From NCBI GenBank assembly GCA_963749915.1, contig CAVVOP010000019.1, forward strand, positions 96,001 to 160,000: 64,000 nucleotides of DNA, written 5' to 3'. This DNA is from an uncultured cyanobacterium (GTDB taxonomy: Bacteria > Cyanobacteriota > Cyanobacteriia > Cyanobacteriales > Cyanobacteriaceae). The position numbers and the translations under genes were made by a program. Of this stretch, positions 1 to 11,019 are shown piece by piece (the first letter of the stretch is position 1; every line of letters begins with the position of its first letter). Below the pieces are notes generated by a model. It worked only from the letters and a program-made list of their open reading frames with translations. It was not told the origin of the DNA and searched no databases.

Positions 1-375
1 TAACGAGCGTTTGATACTTTTCAAACAGACTCTGAGATTAATAATCCGTTAAAATATAAGTTTTACGATCACAGCCATGCTGTGGCGCTGCAAAATCGCA
101 TCCTGGTTTTTTCTGAGCCAAAATGGGGGTGGTAACTTTTGTTACTTGCATTTTCACAACAATTCTATGTATGGTAAAATCCGAAAATTATTAGTGCCAA
201 TCACCTTTCCTTTTTCAATATACAAACAATTACATTTTCTCCTGACGACAAACAATTACTATCCTTCCCCTGAAATGCATCTGGATGCGGCAAAGGTTCT
301 TTTACCAATTTGCCATCAGTATTTGTCCTTTTAATCTTATACTCCGAACGGGTAAAAACTGGACTTTTGGCGATC

Positions 376-447
376 GCCTTAAATACTTGCCGTATAGGCG
401 ATAAGCTCTATTTGGAAAAGTTAAGCTCTCAACCGTTTACAGTATAA
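376..447. repeat. Dispersed ~72-bp repeat, second copy at 43239-43311; probable IS/MITE end remnant
   Basis: gccttaaatacttgccgtataggcgataagctctatttggaaaagttaagctctcaaccgtttacagtataa vs gccttaaacaccttgccctataagcgatgagctctatttagaaaagttaagctctcaaccatttacattataa. Confidence 0.75.
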
Positions 448-463
448 TCAAGTCAAAAACAAT

Positions 464-709
464 ATGGGAAAGTGCGATTACATCTTGTCACTATTGATTA
501 CTACTTATATCGTTGTCTTTCGGTTCTGGCAGAAAATATTTTTACAAGCCCCTATAAATTCATCTGTTCTCTTGTTGCCGGCAGCATCAGTCCGAGGCAA
601 TCTCGGAGATGATGCTTTAGTAGTTGCAACAAACAAATGTCATCGTTGTACGCACGCAATCCTCAAATCGGTGAATTACTGGAGCAAGGAATCAATGAAG
701 GGCGCTTAA
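464..709 (+). pseudogene. Polysaccharide pyruvyl transferase family N-terminal fragment
   Basis: Short ORF containing GNLGDDAL, the N-terminal motif of this family; the rest of the protein is missing. Confidence 0.45.
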
Positions 710-948
710 AACTTGATCCCATTACGGCTGATGAAGTGGCTCGCTCCCAGAAATCAGGTTTTGTGCATCGGCGTGATGGATTGGCTTACCGACTCTCGAT
801 GGAGATTTTGGATTGAGTATTTCTGCTTAGTCAAAAAGTTGGATGCTCCCAAGAAAATCAATCACGTTAATGACTGAAAATGTGTGCTATCATTCTCGTT
901 AAAGCTTAAAGTATTTATACTTCCATAATGAAACTGGGGAATGTGGGT

Positions 949-1122
949 TGTATGGGTGCTTTATTCGAGTTTATCAGCACGGCAGACGCTAAACATTTTC
1001 AACCCATGCCTCCTAATTTTGGCATTATTCCCGTTTTTACTGAAAAAATACGCAATAAACGAGAACGTTATCAAGCTTATGCTATAGGATCATTAAATGC
1101 CATTAATCAACTGGTAATTTAA
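949..1122 (+). pseudogene. trmFO: C-terminal fragment of TrmFO (Gid) tRNA methyltransferase
   Basis: [22 protein letters not shown]....IRNKRERY resembles the cyanobacterial TrmFO C-terminus; immediately preceded by IS1634-type end ggggaatgtggg (937-948). Confidence 0.7.
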
Positions 1123-1822
1123 TTTCTGAGATAGCTACTATACTCCCAACGGCTAAAAACCTAGACACGATTTTTTCACCATCTAAACTTACAACTCAAA
1201 ATTTTATCAAAGTTACACTTACTATATAAATCAACATACTCATGGAAAAACCAATCATTGCTCTCTATGGCGCTTTTGACCGATTTAATTTCGGGGATAT
1301 TCTGTTCCTAACTGTTGCACGCCACTATGCTCCAGAAGTAATCATAGAAAAAGGTGATTGGCGTCCTTATGGGCTTGTCGATTCAGACCTCCGGGACAGG
1401 GGCGGCTTCAAAAATTTTGCTATCAGCCATTTAATTCATGACAAGCCAATGGCACCGGGAAGTATGTTGATTGTACCAGGAGGAGAAGTTTTAACGGCTT
1501 CTATTACTAGCTTATATAGATGTCTTTTTACTGATTTCCACGAACCTGATAGAACTTTTGCCAGTCTCATTCGGAGCAGATTAGGAAAGAAAGAAGACCT
1601 AACAAAAAGGGCAATGAATCGTTTAGGAGTTCCATGGAAATACCCATTCGTTCCCATGGAGAATCAGATTCCTGGCAATCCTTTGACTGCTTTTTTAGGT
1701 GTTGGAGGAAGGACTCTCTCTCAATTTTCACCAGATAATCAGCAACAAATTTGCTCAGCACTATCTAGTGCGAAGTATTTATCTGTGCGAGACCCTCTTA
1801 CACACAAAGCCTTAATTGAATC

Positions 1823-3440
1823 GTAAACGTTCAGAGGGTTACGCAACTAAAGGGATAGACTCATTTTCTCTTTCAAGATTTGAGGTAACGATCGCATCTT
1901 CTCGATCTTCAGAGTTGATCGCTGTTGGGATTAAAGATGGTGTGGAAATTCCCTGTCTATGAGCTGTGATAGTTTCTCGGATAAACTCTAAAACACTACG
2001 ATTTTGAGAACGCAAACTACTAACCACCGTGAGCATTCTTGCCACGAAAATGCTCCCATTCTCACTTTGAGAACCAAAACTGGTCTTTTTCCACAAAACA
2101 GCAGGACGAATCGCTCTTTCCGCCGAATTATTAGTCGGTTCTAGATCTTCAACTTCGATAAATAGCCATAAGGCAGTTTCCACCTTCAACAATTGTCGGC
2201 AAGTACGCACCGTTCTTGCCCACGGTGTTTTTTCCCTTGAACCAATCTCAAACTTGGCTGTTTCTGTCAATATTTTTTGAACACGACTCCTAATTGGTAA
2301 TACTAACAATTTACATTCCTTTCTACTCAAGGTTCCATCTCTGACTCTTCGCCATAACCTAAACAACTTTTTCTCTTGTGCCATTAAATCTCTGCCTACT
2401 TGTCTGGATGCACCGCTACGCTCTGATATTTTCTGAAACTCTCGTTTTAGATGTGCCCAGCATAACTGTCGTCTGGAAACATCCACCCAGTTGTAACTTC
2501 TATATCGATCACTCCCCAAAAGACCCCCAAAGTTCTCTCCCAATAAATCCATTGCCGCACTGGTACAACGAGATAAAGTGACTTGAAAGTATGTAATCAA
2601 TGGTGTCACCGCTACCCATAACCAAGCCTTTTTACCCAGAGGATTTTTGCCATCGGTATTACCTTGTGAAAAACCTGTTTCGTCGGCATTAACCATTTCT
2701 GCTGATTGAATATAAGTTTTTGCCTCTTCTACAGCTGATGACAATGCTACACTGGCTTCTTTTCTAAGACGATTTACTGTACCCAAGGACATTTTCACTC
2801 CAAAAAAGTCTGACATTCCACTCACAATCATACGGTGAGAATGACGATATACTCCACTCATCAAAGATACCAAGGCTACTACTGTTGAACCATAGCCACT
2901 CTCGGAGACATTTTCAGGTAATTTTGCTCTCGTTAAACTACCACAATGATTACATTCTAATTGGTGTAAGCGATGTTCTACTATTTCTAGTTCTATGGGT
3001 GGTATTTCTACTACTTGGTGTCGGTAAGGATTTTCATCTGTACCTGAGAGTTTTTCCCCACAACATTTACAGGTTTCTGGTAAGTGATTTTTGGTACTTT
3101 GACATTCGGATTCTGGGTATAATTCTCGACTGTTACCAGTATGCCCCTTTTGTCCGCCTCTTTTTCTTTTCTTTCTTTTCAGGGGTTTTTTCGAGAATGG
3201 CTTAACTATTTCTGTAGATGGAGGAATACTCGAATTTTTCGAGTTACAATTAACTTTTTCTTGCAGATTTTCTAATTGTTTTTCTAGTTCTTCAATTCTT
3301 TGTTTTTGTTGCACTACAAAATTTTTAACTCCTTGAGGAGTCGAATCCCATTCTTCTGTGGTGAAAAAATTCGTTTTTAGTAGTTGCTCTTGTTCCATAG
3401 CTTTAAACTACCATATTTTCGTTCCCCCCTGAACGCTTAC
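1823..3440 (-). mobile_element. IS66-family insertion sequence (single-ORF type)
   Basis: Terminal IRs GTAAACGTTCAGAGGG / GTAAGCGTTCAGGGG; 8-bp TSD ATTGAATC at 1815-1822 and 3441-3448. Confidence 0.95.
1839..3398 (-). CDS. IS66 family transposase
   Basis: NSSIPPS, GGQKGH, zinc ribbon, ADET, QLCWAHLKR and PTNNSAERAIR motifs. Confidence 0.95.
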   Translation of the reverse strand: MEQEQLLKTNFFTTEEWDSTPQGVKNFVVQQKQRIEELEKQLENLQEKVNCNSKNSSIPPSTEIVKPFSKKPLKRKKRKRGGQKGHTGNSRELYPESECQSTKNHLPETCKCCGEKLSGTDENPYRHQVVEIPPIELEIVEHRLHQLECNHCGSLTRAKLPENVSESGYGSTVVALVSLMSGVYRHSHRMIVSGMSDFFGVKMSLGTVNRLRKEASVALSSAVEEAKTYIQSAEMVNADETGFSQGNTDGKNPLGKKAWLWVAVTPLITYFQVTLSRCTSAAMDLLGENFGGLLGSDRYRSYNWVDVSRRQLCWAHLKREFQKISERSGASRQVGRDLMAQEKKLFRLWRRVRDGTLSRKECKLLVLPIRSRVQKILTETAKFEIGSREKTPWARTVRTCRQLLKVETALWLFIEVEDLEPTNNSAERAIRPAVLWKKTSFGSQSENGSIFVARMLTVVSSLRSQNRSVLEFIRETITAHRQGISTPSLIPTAINSEDREDAIVTSNLERENESIPLVA

Positions 3441-4245
3441 ATTGAATCTGGTCTTTCAGAGTGCGAGTTGGTTCCCGACCCTGTTCAGGCAATTCGCCGG
3501 ATTTATACAGTGAATGAGGTCTGTTCCCTCGCCAGCCAAGCCACCCAACTCATTATCAACTCCTATCAAGAAAGTGGATATTTTTGTTTTCAATCTGCCC
3601 TGAGACACTTAAATGGAAACTCAGAAATCGTTGCAGAACGATTAGACAAAATTGCTGAGGAAACTGGTTTAATACCAGTATTGGTCTCAGCCGGCACTGC
3701 TCTACTTCATGAAGATCATTTGGGGCTGTATGCTGTTTCCATCAAGATGAAGCAGCCTCATGTTTTGATAACGATGCCAAGCGTCATGGATATAGCGTCA
3801 CTGATTGCATGTTCTCGATTGGTGATTTCAACCAGTCTCCATGCAATGATTCTTGCAATATCCTACGAAGTTCCGAGACTCGTCTTAAGTGGACTAGAGG
3901 CAAAAACTGCGAATTATGTTAAACATTGGGATCCGGTAAATTTTGTAAATGGGGTTGACTATAGCAATGTTGTTGAATCAGCTCTTGTTGCACTTCAATC
4001 GGAACCAGATTGGAGGCATAATCTTGCAGAAAGTATGGCATCAAAAGCAGAGGGCTTTATCAAGGAAATGTGGGAAAGAATGTTGCGTTTAGCCAGATCT
4101 CGAACCAGTTCCTTCGATTAGGGAAGGATAGTTCTGGGATAGTCTCTGGTATTATGAGCTTCTAGTAAAAGTGGTCTAACTTTTTTAATCCAAAGGATAA
4201 CCGTTATGAGGTGAACTCATTTGATTCTCTCAAAGCGACGTAAAC

Positions 4246-4372
4246 TAAGCTAAAACGCATTTAACTTGCATTTTTTTAAATTAGTAAAAAATCAAAGAAA
4301 CTCTTATCCATTGCCTATTGCCCATTGCCCATTGCCTACCCTCATCAGTAAACTTAGATGCGTCTGAGCTTA
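4246..4372. mobile_element. MITE-like element with ACGCATCTAA-type ends and internal CATTGCC heptamer repeats
   Basis: Imperfect IR taagctaaaacgcatttaa / ttagatgcgtctgagctta; related ends at 4854 and 7728-7862. Confidence 0.6.
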
Positions 4373-4622
4373 TTCGCATTGATATACTTTGTGAGATACT
4401 CTTGCTTCATTTTATCACTGTAACCACGCTGAGTTGTATACTGGTCTTCGATCCAGGTTTCCACTCCATAAACAAGTCATAAGCTAAGCAGTCCATATCA
4501 ATTTGCTTTAGACATCTCCATAAATTCTCTTTTTGGTACGGTAGAATTAGCATTTTAACCCCCTTTTTCTTAAATGTGGTCGATGTCTTTTGATGATTCC
4601 GTTTTCATGTACTTATCCAATC

Positions 4623-4853
4623 TCAAGTTTTAACAGCTTCAAGGGTTGCTTGGAGATAGGCATGACCGTACTGACTATCAGGTTCTAGATAATTTCCCTC
4701 AGCCCATTCATTCCATGACTTGAGAAAGATGAGTTTATGTTCAGGTTCCCTATCCTCTACTTTCTTAATTGCACTCTCAAGCCAACGGCGATAAAGTTCT
4801 GGTGTACTTCCCTCCAGGACAATCCCATTATATCCTGATCGGGGGGTGTTATC
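4623..4853 (-). pseudogene. WbsX / GH99-like glycan enzyme C-terminal fragment
   Basis: DNTPR...IFLKSWNEWAEGNYLEPD motif; the 5' part is replaced at 4854 by a cagggcaaacgcatctaa element end. Confidence 0.75.
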
Positions 4854-6034
4854 CAGGGCAAACGCATCTAAATTTTGAAGAAGGGAAAATGATAAGCTCA
4901 GAGGGTTTCCGTAAATTTTGGTTAACTCCAAGCCCTTAGCATATTTCCAATCAATGAGAGTGTATAGATAATCTGGCATTAGGGCGATCGCTGCTTCAAA
5001 AGGCGATCGCTACTTCAAGAGGCGAGCTGACAAGGTTAGTTTTTTTACATTCTGGTGAGGGTAAGACATCTTTTGAGGGGGAAGATTGGTAGACAAGGAA
5101 GATTGTTCAACGGAAAAATAGGCTTTTCAGTCAGTTTGTCTGTTTAAATTCTTAACACTTGTGCAAGATATTGGTCATCCCAAGCAGCTTGAAGACGTTT
5201 ATTTTGAATACCCATCATCGCAGTTTTTTCTTGAGAAAGAAGATTGAGAGCAATATGACGAAGTAAAGCAAAATTCTCAGGAGAGTTATCTCGGCGAATT
5301 CGACACTCATCTTCACGAACTGTACTTTAGACTAAATAAAATTTGACATAGCAATAACTCAGCTAAATAAAATTAACTGAAATCAAACATAATTTTCCTA
5401 AATTATGATCTTAAGCTGCCTTTTTTGCTGATTTTTTACTTTTTGATTGTCGCTTTTTCACCAGTGGATATCTCTTTCTTTTCATTCTTTTTTTACCTTT
5501 CTTGCATCCAACTGATTTTCCTCTGGTTTTAGCTACTTTGGTGGGTGAGCCAATCTCGATTAAAAGTGAAAACATTGACTGTGCTACTCTTTGAGGTGTT
5601 AAATTCTCCTGTGGTTTTTGCCAAGGTAGATGATTTTCTTCTACTAAGTCTTTTCCCAACCATAACTGCCATGTCATATTCACTATCAAATCACTCCATC
5701 TTTGACATTGAGCGGTTGTTCCCAACTTCGGTAAATTCCAATGTAATCTCTGTTTGGCAAATCGATACCAATGGTCTACTCCAAATCTTCGAGCATATTG
5801 CGACCAGATTTTTTCTAACTCTAAAAATTGTTTTCCTACCCAGATCAACCATAGTGGACGATGTTTTTCCCCTGTTTTCTTTTGCGACAATCTTTCTATT
5901 TTAATCAAACTCAGTTTTTGCTCATAAGCATTACGAAAGTGCAAGTTACTCCATTTACTGATTTTGATTAACCCTAAGGACTCATCATTTACTTCTGCTA
6001 TTTCATCTGCGGTGAAATGAGTGGAAAGATCATT

Positions 6035-6589
6035 CTGACTTTTCACGGTATCTTTTCCCTGAGAAAGGGTTTGGGTGTTAGGGGTTGGGTGATAGGGAAA
6101 ATTCAGTTTTTGTTTTCGAGGGCACGAATCAATGCTGATAATAATCTTCCGAGGGATTCACATCTATTTAAAAGAGAATCAATGACTTTCCCCTCTCCTA
6201 ACTTTACCCTTTTCGACAATAAAAGATGAGTTTCTAATTCTTTAAGAGAGCCTTGTGCTATGTATAAAAACTGTATATATTCTTTTCGGGTTTTTCGACC
6301 ATGCCCCTCAGCGACATTGGCGGGAATAGAGGCTGATGCTCGACGAATCTGAGAAATTAACCCGTAAAGTTCTTCTTTGGGGAAATTGCGAGTAACTAAG
6401 TAGCATTCTTCTGCTAAATCCATGCCTGTTTGCCAAACCTTTAAGTCTCTATAGGATTGTATTCCCATCAGTTTCTAAGTGTTTTTTTTGACTGTTCAAC
6501 TATTAAAGCTTATCCTCAATCCCTAATCCTAACACCCAACCCCTAACACCTAACACCTGTCAACCGAAAAAGATGCCGTGAAAAGTTAG
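6035..6589. mobile_element. Non-autonomous IR-bounded element carrying a four-helix-bundle gene
   Basis: IRs ctgacttttcacggtatctttt / aaaagatgccgtgaaaagttag; inverted heptamer-like repeat tracts at 6067-6097 and 6520-6557. Confidence 0.75.
6103..6468 (-). CDS. Four helix bundle protein (23S rRNA IVP / Avd-like family)
   Basis: YRDLKVWQ, FPKEELYGLISQIRRASASIPANVAEG and GSLKELETHL motifs. Confidence 0.9.
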   Translation of the reverse strand: MGIQSYRDLKVWQTGMDLAEECYLVTRNFPKEELYGLISQIRRASASIPANVAEGHGRKTRKEYIQFLYIAQGSLKELETHLLLSKRVKLGEGKVIDSLLNRCESLGRLLSALIRALENKN

Positions 6590-7727
6590 GTTGCTTTAGA
6601 GATTGCGGTTTCAAATGAGGTAATTCTTTCGTGTCTGAGGGGTAATGTCCAACTTCCCTTTGCCTCTAACTGTGGTAACCATGCAATGGTACTATATCCG
6701 AGTCCCTTGATTGATGAATTCATTGATGAACTCTTGTATTGATAGCCTCTATCTTTCATGGTGGGAGCATCTTTCAATTCCCAATGAGTATTGTCGATAC
6801 CCAATAAGATATATTCGAGTTGAGGTATTTCTTGAACATATCTTTTCATCAGTTTATTGCTATTGGGGCGAGAATCTTGGATTGCCTCATAACAACTATG
6901 CCATTTGCGACCAAATAGTGAACAAAGAGAAAATTCAGCTAGCGAATCAGCATTTTTAGTGGTCATAATACTATCCATTAATTCAAATGTGGCATCACGA
7001 GCTTTAACCAACATTTGATAAGTATCTTGACGAAATTTTTTTAACCTGTCATATTTTTCCATAGAGAGAATGTTGATTTTGAGGATAATTTTTATTTTCT
7101 CTCTATTTTTTCTTGATGTCTATTTCCTTCACGTTTTTTCTTTAATTAGTCTAAACTACAGTCACGAAAGCTAACATCTAAAACCCAATGAAGAGAATTT
7201 TCTATTCCCCAATGACTACGAACCGCTTGGCCAAAGACTTCGGCATTACTGGGAAAACTGTTCAAATAGTAGCGAGTTTCTAAGGTAGTTTCTCCTTTAA
7301 TAGTGCGCTGTGATTCAACCATGCCAATACTCTGAAGTCCCGCCCATTTATCGCTATCAAGCAAATATTCCACATTTCCCATTGTCCAATAACGACGAAT
7401 TTCCATTCGACCATGACCTTTTTCTATGGTTTGAAAGAAACTATGATCGATGTTTTGCCATTGTTGAGACCGGGCATACTCAAATAGTTGCTCCACATCT
7501 TCATGAATGTTCCCCTGATTGCCCTTCAGGGCCAGACAATAGTCAGCTCCCTTAGAAATAATCTGTTCAGCAATCTTTTTTTGAGTCCCCATCCCATCAA
7601 TGGTTACCAAACATCCTGATAATTCCAAGACTTTGATTAATTGAGGAATGGCAGTAATTTCATTGGACTTTTCATCTACCTTTCTTTGTCCAAGCACTAA
7701 TTTTTGAGAACTTGCCCAAGCACTAAC

Positions 7728-7862
7728 CAGGGCAAACGCATCTTAATTTTTAACTCTTGATATTGATAATCTTTGAGAGCGATCTGCTTCTCGAACTATT
7801 TGAACTGGTGGGGTATTTCCGCGAGGCTTTACTAACCGGTAACTTAGATGCGTCCGAACTTA
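7728..7862. mobile_element. MITE-like element (ACGCATCTAA-type ends) truncating ISAs1
   Basis: cagggcaaacgcatcttaa ... ttagatgcgtccgaactta. Confidence 0.6.
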
Positions 7863-8882
7863 TCCCCTATTCAGATGACTTTCATATTTATTGTAGACAT
7901 CTAATCCTGGTATTTCTTCGGTAAAAATGGGGGGTTGTTTAAATTCTTCAGGGGGATATTCTTTGAGAATGGCAATTAAAGGATTATAAAAGTTTTCCCA
8001 TTGTTTTAATAATCCTAATAAAGATTGGAATTGGCCAAAGGATTTTGCATGTCGATTTCTTAAAGCAATATATTGCAACATTAAAGCATAGGTTTCCGGT
8101 TTATTTTTACTGTTGGGAACTTGAATAATTTGCCCTAATTTTAAGAAAATATCGACATTCACCTGTACAACCACCATAAATTCCTTGAGGCTGTCTAAAT
8201 TTTTATCATAAAAAGTATCAGCAATTCCGGCAACGGTACGCAACAAAGCAAAATTACTCAAGTCGTATTGTTTGAATAAATAAAGCAGTTTCAAGCCCAG
8301 TTTATCTTTACAAACAATTTCTAAGGAATTGACATAGGATTGAATTGCCGCCTTACCTTCATCGGTTTTAATTTGAGGGATAATATCGGTCAATTTACCT
8401 TCTACTAATTCTTTGAACTGAGCTACGTCCAAACCTTGTTGTAAATATTCATAGATACAGTTATAAAATTCCTGTTGTGCATAACTGCGATAACGAGTTT
8501 CCGTAGCTTCAATCTTTAAAAAACTCTCCTTTGTTTCTAAGGCTACCCTTAACAAATCCAGACTATATTTTAAACCCTCATAAGGGCCATTATTCTCCTC
8601 CAGTTGATGATTTATAGTTAAAAAATGGACGAATTCTCGACTGGTAAACTTCTCATTATCAATAGCTCTCACCATGACGGACACATTTTTCAATGAATTA
8701 AAACAATCACGATATAGAACCTGTGTACTCTCAGGGATTTCTTCTTTACCCGCAAAACCTTTATTTAAAAGAGATTGAAACCATAACAAAAAAGATTGAT
8801 TACCCCATAAAGGGCGATTCCACCAAGGGACAGAGTTAACTTCTTTGAGATTCTTTTGTTTAACGTTTGCATCCATAATCAA
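7860..8882 (-). CDS. Hypothetical protein
   Basis: 340-aa intact ORF of normal composition; no motif recognised. Confidence 0.75.
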   Translation of the reverse strand: MIMDANVKQKNLKEVNSVPWWNRPLWGNQSFLLWFQSLLNKGFAGKEEIPESTQVLYRDCFNSLKNVSVMVRAIDNEKFTSREFVHFLTINHQLEENNGPYEGLKYSLDLLRVALETKESFLKIEATETRYRSYAQQEFYNCIYEYLQQGLDVAQFKELVEGKLTDIIPQIKTDEGKAAIQSYVNSLEIVCKDKLGLKLLYLFKQYDLSNFALLRTVAGIADTFYDKNLDSLKEFMVVVQVNVDIFLKLGQIIQVPNSKNKPETYALMLQYIALRNRHAKSFGQFQSLLGLLKQWENFYNPLIAILKEYPPEEFKQPPIFTEEIPGLDVYNKYESHLNRG

Positions 8883-8885
8883 ACT

Positions 8886-8969
8886 TTAAGTATTGCCATA
8901 ATTGATATGCTAAAATTATTCACAGTATTACATAAAATATCGAAAAAAACCATTAAATTTTTATCAGAA
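8886..8969. repeat. 84-bp direct repeat, copy 1 (upstream region of 7860-8882)
   Basis: Identical to 10108-10191. Confidence 0.9.
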
Positions 8970-9156
8970 CTCGACTGTTGTGAAATCCTATATTCTCCCG
9001 TTGGCGATCTGCGAAGCAGGCGCTTTCAGCGATCTCGAAGAGGACGGCGAAGCCTCGCACAGAGTGCGAGCGCAATGTTGCAATTCCAAATGAGCCAAAA
9101 TCAAGCCCCAGACCAGTTGATATCTAAAGGTTTAAAAAATTCACAACAGTCGAGTT
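8968..9156. mobile_element. MITE-like element
   Basis: 17-bp perfect IR aactcgactgttgtgaa / ttcacaacagtcgagtt; no coding capacity. Confidence 0.75.
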
Positions 9157-10096
9157 AATTAGACCAATGAGATAAATCTCGATTTAAAAATTCTGCTAAT
9201 TGACGATTTGGTTCAGCAAATTTTTCTATGAGCATTTGTCTGGTTTCTAGTAACATTGGTTTCGGAATATATTGTTGGGCTAATACTTCTTGATCGGACA
9301 TTTTTGCCAAAATTTTGTATCCCATGTCTCGTATCACATCGGGAACAGTTTTGTATATATTCTGAATCAGTGGTAAAGAGCGGAGTTTTTCTGTAGTTTT
9401 CGATCTGAGATGCCATTGATGGTAATCTTTTGAAACATTAGCAATGATTGGCTCTTTACTAATGAAATCAATTTGATTATCAATTCCCAAAAAATTACAC
9501 ACCTCCGATAGTAATATTTGAGGTTGTTTTAACAAATCCTCAAACAGCAAAAACAAGAGTGACTCACGAGGAAAATATTTTAAGTATAGTTCAATTTGTT
9601 CGATATATTTACTGACTGATACTACATTAATTTTTTTCATATAGTCATCAGTGTCAGTGACGGAATTTCCCCTAGCTAATAACGCCTCAAATGTTTCTGG
9701 TAAGGCAGATGACAATCCTAGTTTTCTCTGTTTTCCTTGGAATAATTTGATCTGTTGCAGATATTGAGAATATGCCCTATCGACAGGATGTCTCATTATG
9801 TATATCATCTTGACATTTGGAACTACTTCTCTGATTAATTTGGGAATATCTGGTTTATGACAAGTTTGGTGCGTGTATGGAGTGGAAGCTTCTCCACAAA
9901 TTTGCTTTGGTTGCGCATCGTTAAAAAGAGAAACATACCAGTTTAAGTCTTTTCCATAACCACTGGCAAAATCAGCAAAGTAGGATGGTTCTTTTGGTGT
10001 TGTCATAAATATCTGTGGATGTTGACACAGGTACTTGTATAAAGTTGTTGTACCAGACTTCGCCGAACCAATAATCATAAAATCAGGTAAACGCAT
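9155..10096 (-). CDS. Sulfotransferase family protein
   Basis: PDFMIIGSAKSGTTTLY (5'-PAPS loop), GEAST and MRHPVDRAYS motifs. Confidence 0.92.
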   Translation of the reverse strand: MRLPDFMIIGSAKSGTTTLYKYLCQHPQIFMTTPKEPSYFADFASGYGKDLNWYVSLFNDAQPKQICGEASTPYTHQTCHKPDIPKLIREVVPNVKMIYIMRHPVDRAYSQYLQQIKLFQGKQRKLGLSSALPETFEALLARGNSVTDTDDYMKKINVVSVSKYIEQIELYLKYFPRESLLFLLFEDLLKQPQILLSEVCNFLGIDNQIDFISKEPIIANVSKDYHQWHLRSKTTEKLRSLPLIQNIYKTVPDVIRDMGYKILAKMSDQEVLAQQYIPKPMLLETRQMLIEKFAEPNRQLAEFLNRDLSHWSN

Positions 10097-10107
10097 AATT
10101 GAAAAAC

Positions 10108-10191
10108 TTAAGTATTGCCATAATTGATATGCTAAAATTATTCACAGTATTACATAAAATATCGAAAAAAACCATTAAATTTTTATCAGAA
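10108..10191. repeat. 84-bp direct repeat, copy 2 (upstream region of sulfotransferase)
   Basis: Identical to 8886-8969. Confidence 0.9.
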
Positions 10192-10292
10192 TATCTTCCA
10201 CTAATAGCAATACCTTCGCCAAAAAAAAATCACAAAAAGTTGTCCGTGTCAACTCTTTTTGTCACAGAAATTAATTTTTTTTGTTTTTTGAG

Positions 10293-10696
10293 CTACTCAG
10301 GGAAAATATTACTAAGAGAAATAGGATGAATTGCCCCAATATTTGCCACTCGATTGAGAATCCGAGACATCAAAAATAGTTCTGGTTTTTGGGGAAGCAA
10401 TTTTATCAATTCATCAACGTATCTAAAGCCACGATAAAAGGCTTTGAGATCTAAAAGACTAAAATCATTCACACAATCACGACGAAAACGTTGCAATATT
10501 TTTTGGGAAAAATTAACCATGAAAAAAGCTAAATTCGCCATATTTGTGACGGCGATTTCGGATACATTCATAAAATCTTCTAAACCCCAAAATTGTTTGG
10601 CATCCCGAAAATTGAACTCAATCTGAAATCTTAATGAGTATAGTTCTACCAGTTTTTCAGCGGTGAGAGTTAAGTCTGTAGAAAATAAAATTACAT
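10293..10696 (-). pseudogene. IS4-superfamily transposase C-terminal fragment
   Basis: ILFSTD and YSLRFQIEFNFRDAKQFWGL (YREK-like) motifs; 5' part lost. Confidence 0.8.
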
Positions 10697-10950
10697 CCCA
10701 CATTCCGCACGTCAATTTGCACTATGCCATGTAATACCTTAACGCCTTGTTTACAAAATATTCCCCAAGTAATAAAACAACGAAATTGAGATTAAACAAA
10801 TATAAATACTGTAAAAATCTGTATATGGCGATGCCAAAGGCACAGCGAAGCTGCTCGCAAAAAACAATAAATATATGTATTACCTATAGTAAAGTTGCGT
10901 AAAAGTCATTAAAATATGATTGTTTTCTAAAAGAACATGCGGAATGTGGG
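10697..10950. mobile_element. MITE with IS1634-type ends
   Basis: IR cccacattccgca / tgcggaatgtggg; the same end follows the IS1634 remnant at 14545-14558. Confidence 0.75.
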
Positions 10951-11019
10951 ATCTAACACCTTTTATTAAGTATTTATGTACTGGTGCAATATCTGAATCA
11001 AAATATTTTTTGATATAAA

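Larger units (their letters stand above)
1242..4121 (+). pseudogene. Polysaccharide pyruvyl transferase family protein interrupted by IS66
   Basis: NFGDILF, SVRD and TSLHAMI motifs; removing the IS and one TSD copy joins 1242-1822 to 3449-4121 in frame (1254 nt, 417 aa). Confidence 0.85.
5320..7161 (-). mobile_element. DDE insertion sequence (IS701/IS4-like) nested in ISAs1; its transposase is split into 6590-7062 and 5411-6034
   Basis: IRs ctgtactttagactaa / ttagtctaaactacag; TSD TCACGAA at 5313-5319 and 7162-7168; YARRFGVDHWYRFAKQRL motif. Confidence 0.85.
5144..7727 (-). pseudogene. ISAs1 family transposase, 5'-truncated and interrupted by another IS
   Basis: KSNEITAIP, TIDGMGTQ, LKGNQ and HWGIENSLHWVLDVSF in 7162-7727; continuation REDECRIR..NFALLRHIALNLL at 5144-5319. 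Confidence 0.9.

Noticed and set aside
1..350. Possible gene remnant at the window start
   Set aside because: No frame on either strand gave a recognisable product
6103..6468. Avd-like gene suggesting a diversity-generating retroelement
   Set aside because: No reverse transcriptase and no TR/VR pair with adenine-specific mismatches seen; the 84-bp repeats are identical and non-coding
8856..10329. Plus-strand ORFs 8856-9158 and 10099-10329 with identical peptide segments
   Set aside because: Artefact of the 84-bp non-coding repeat read on the antisense strand
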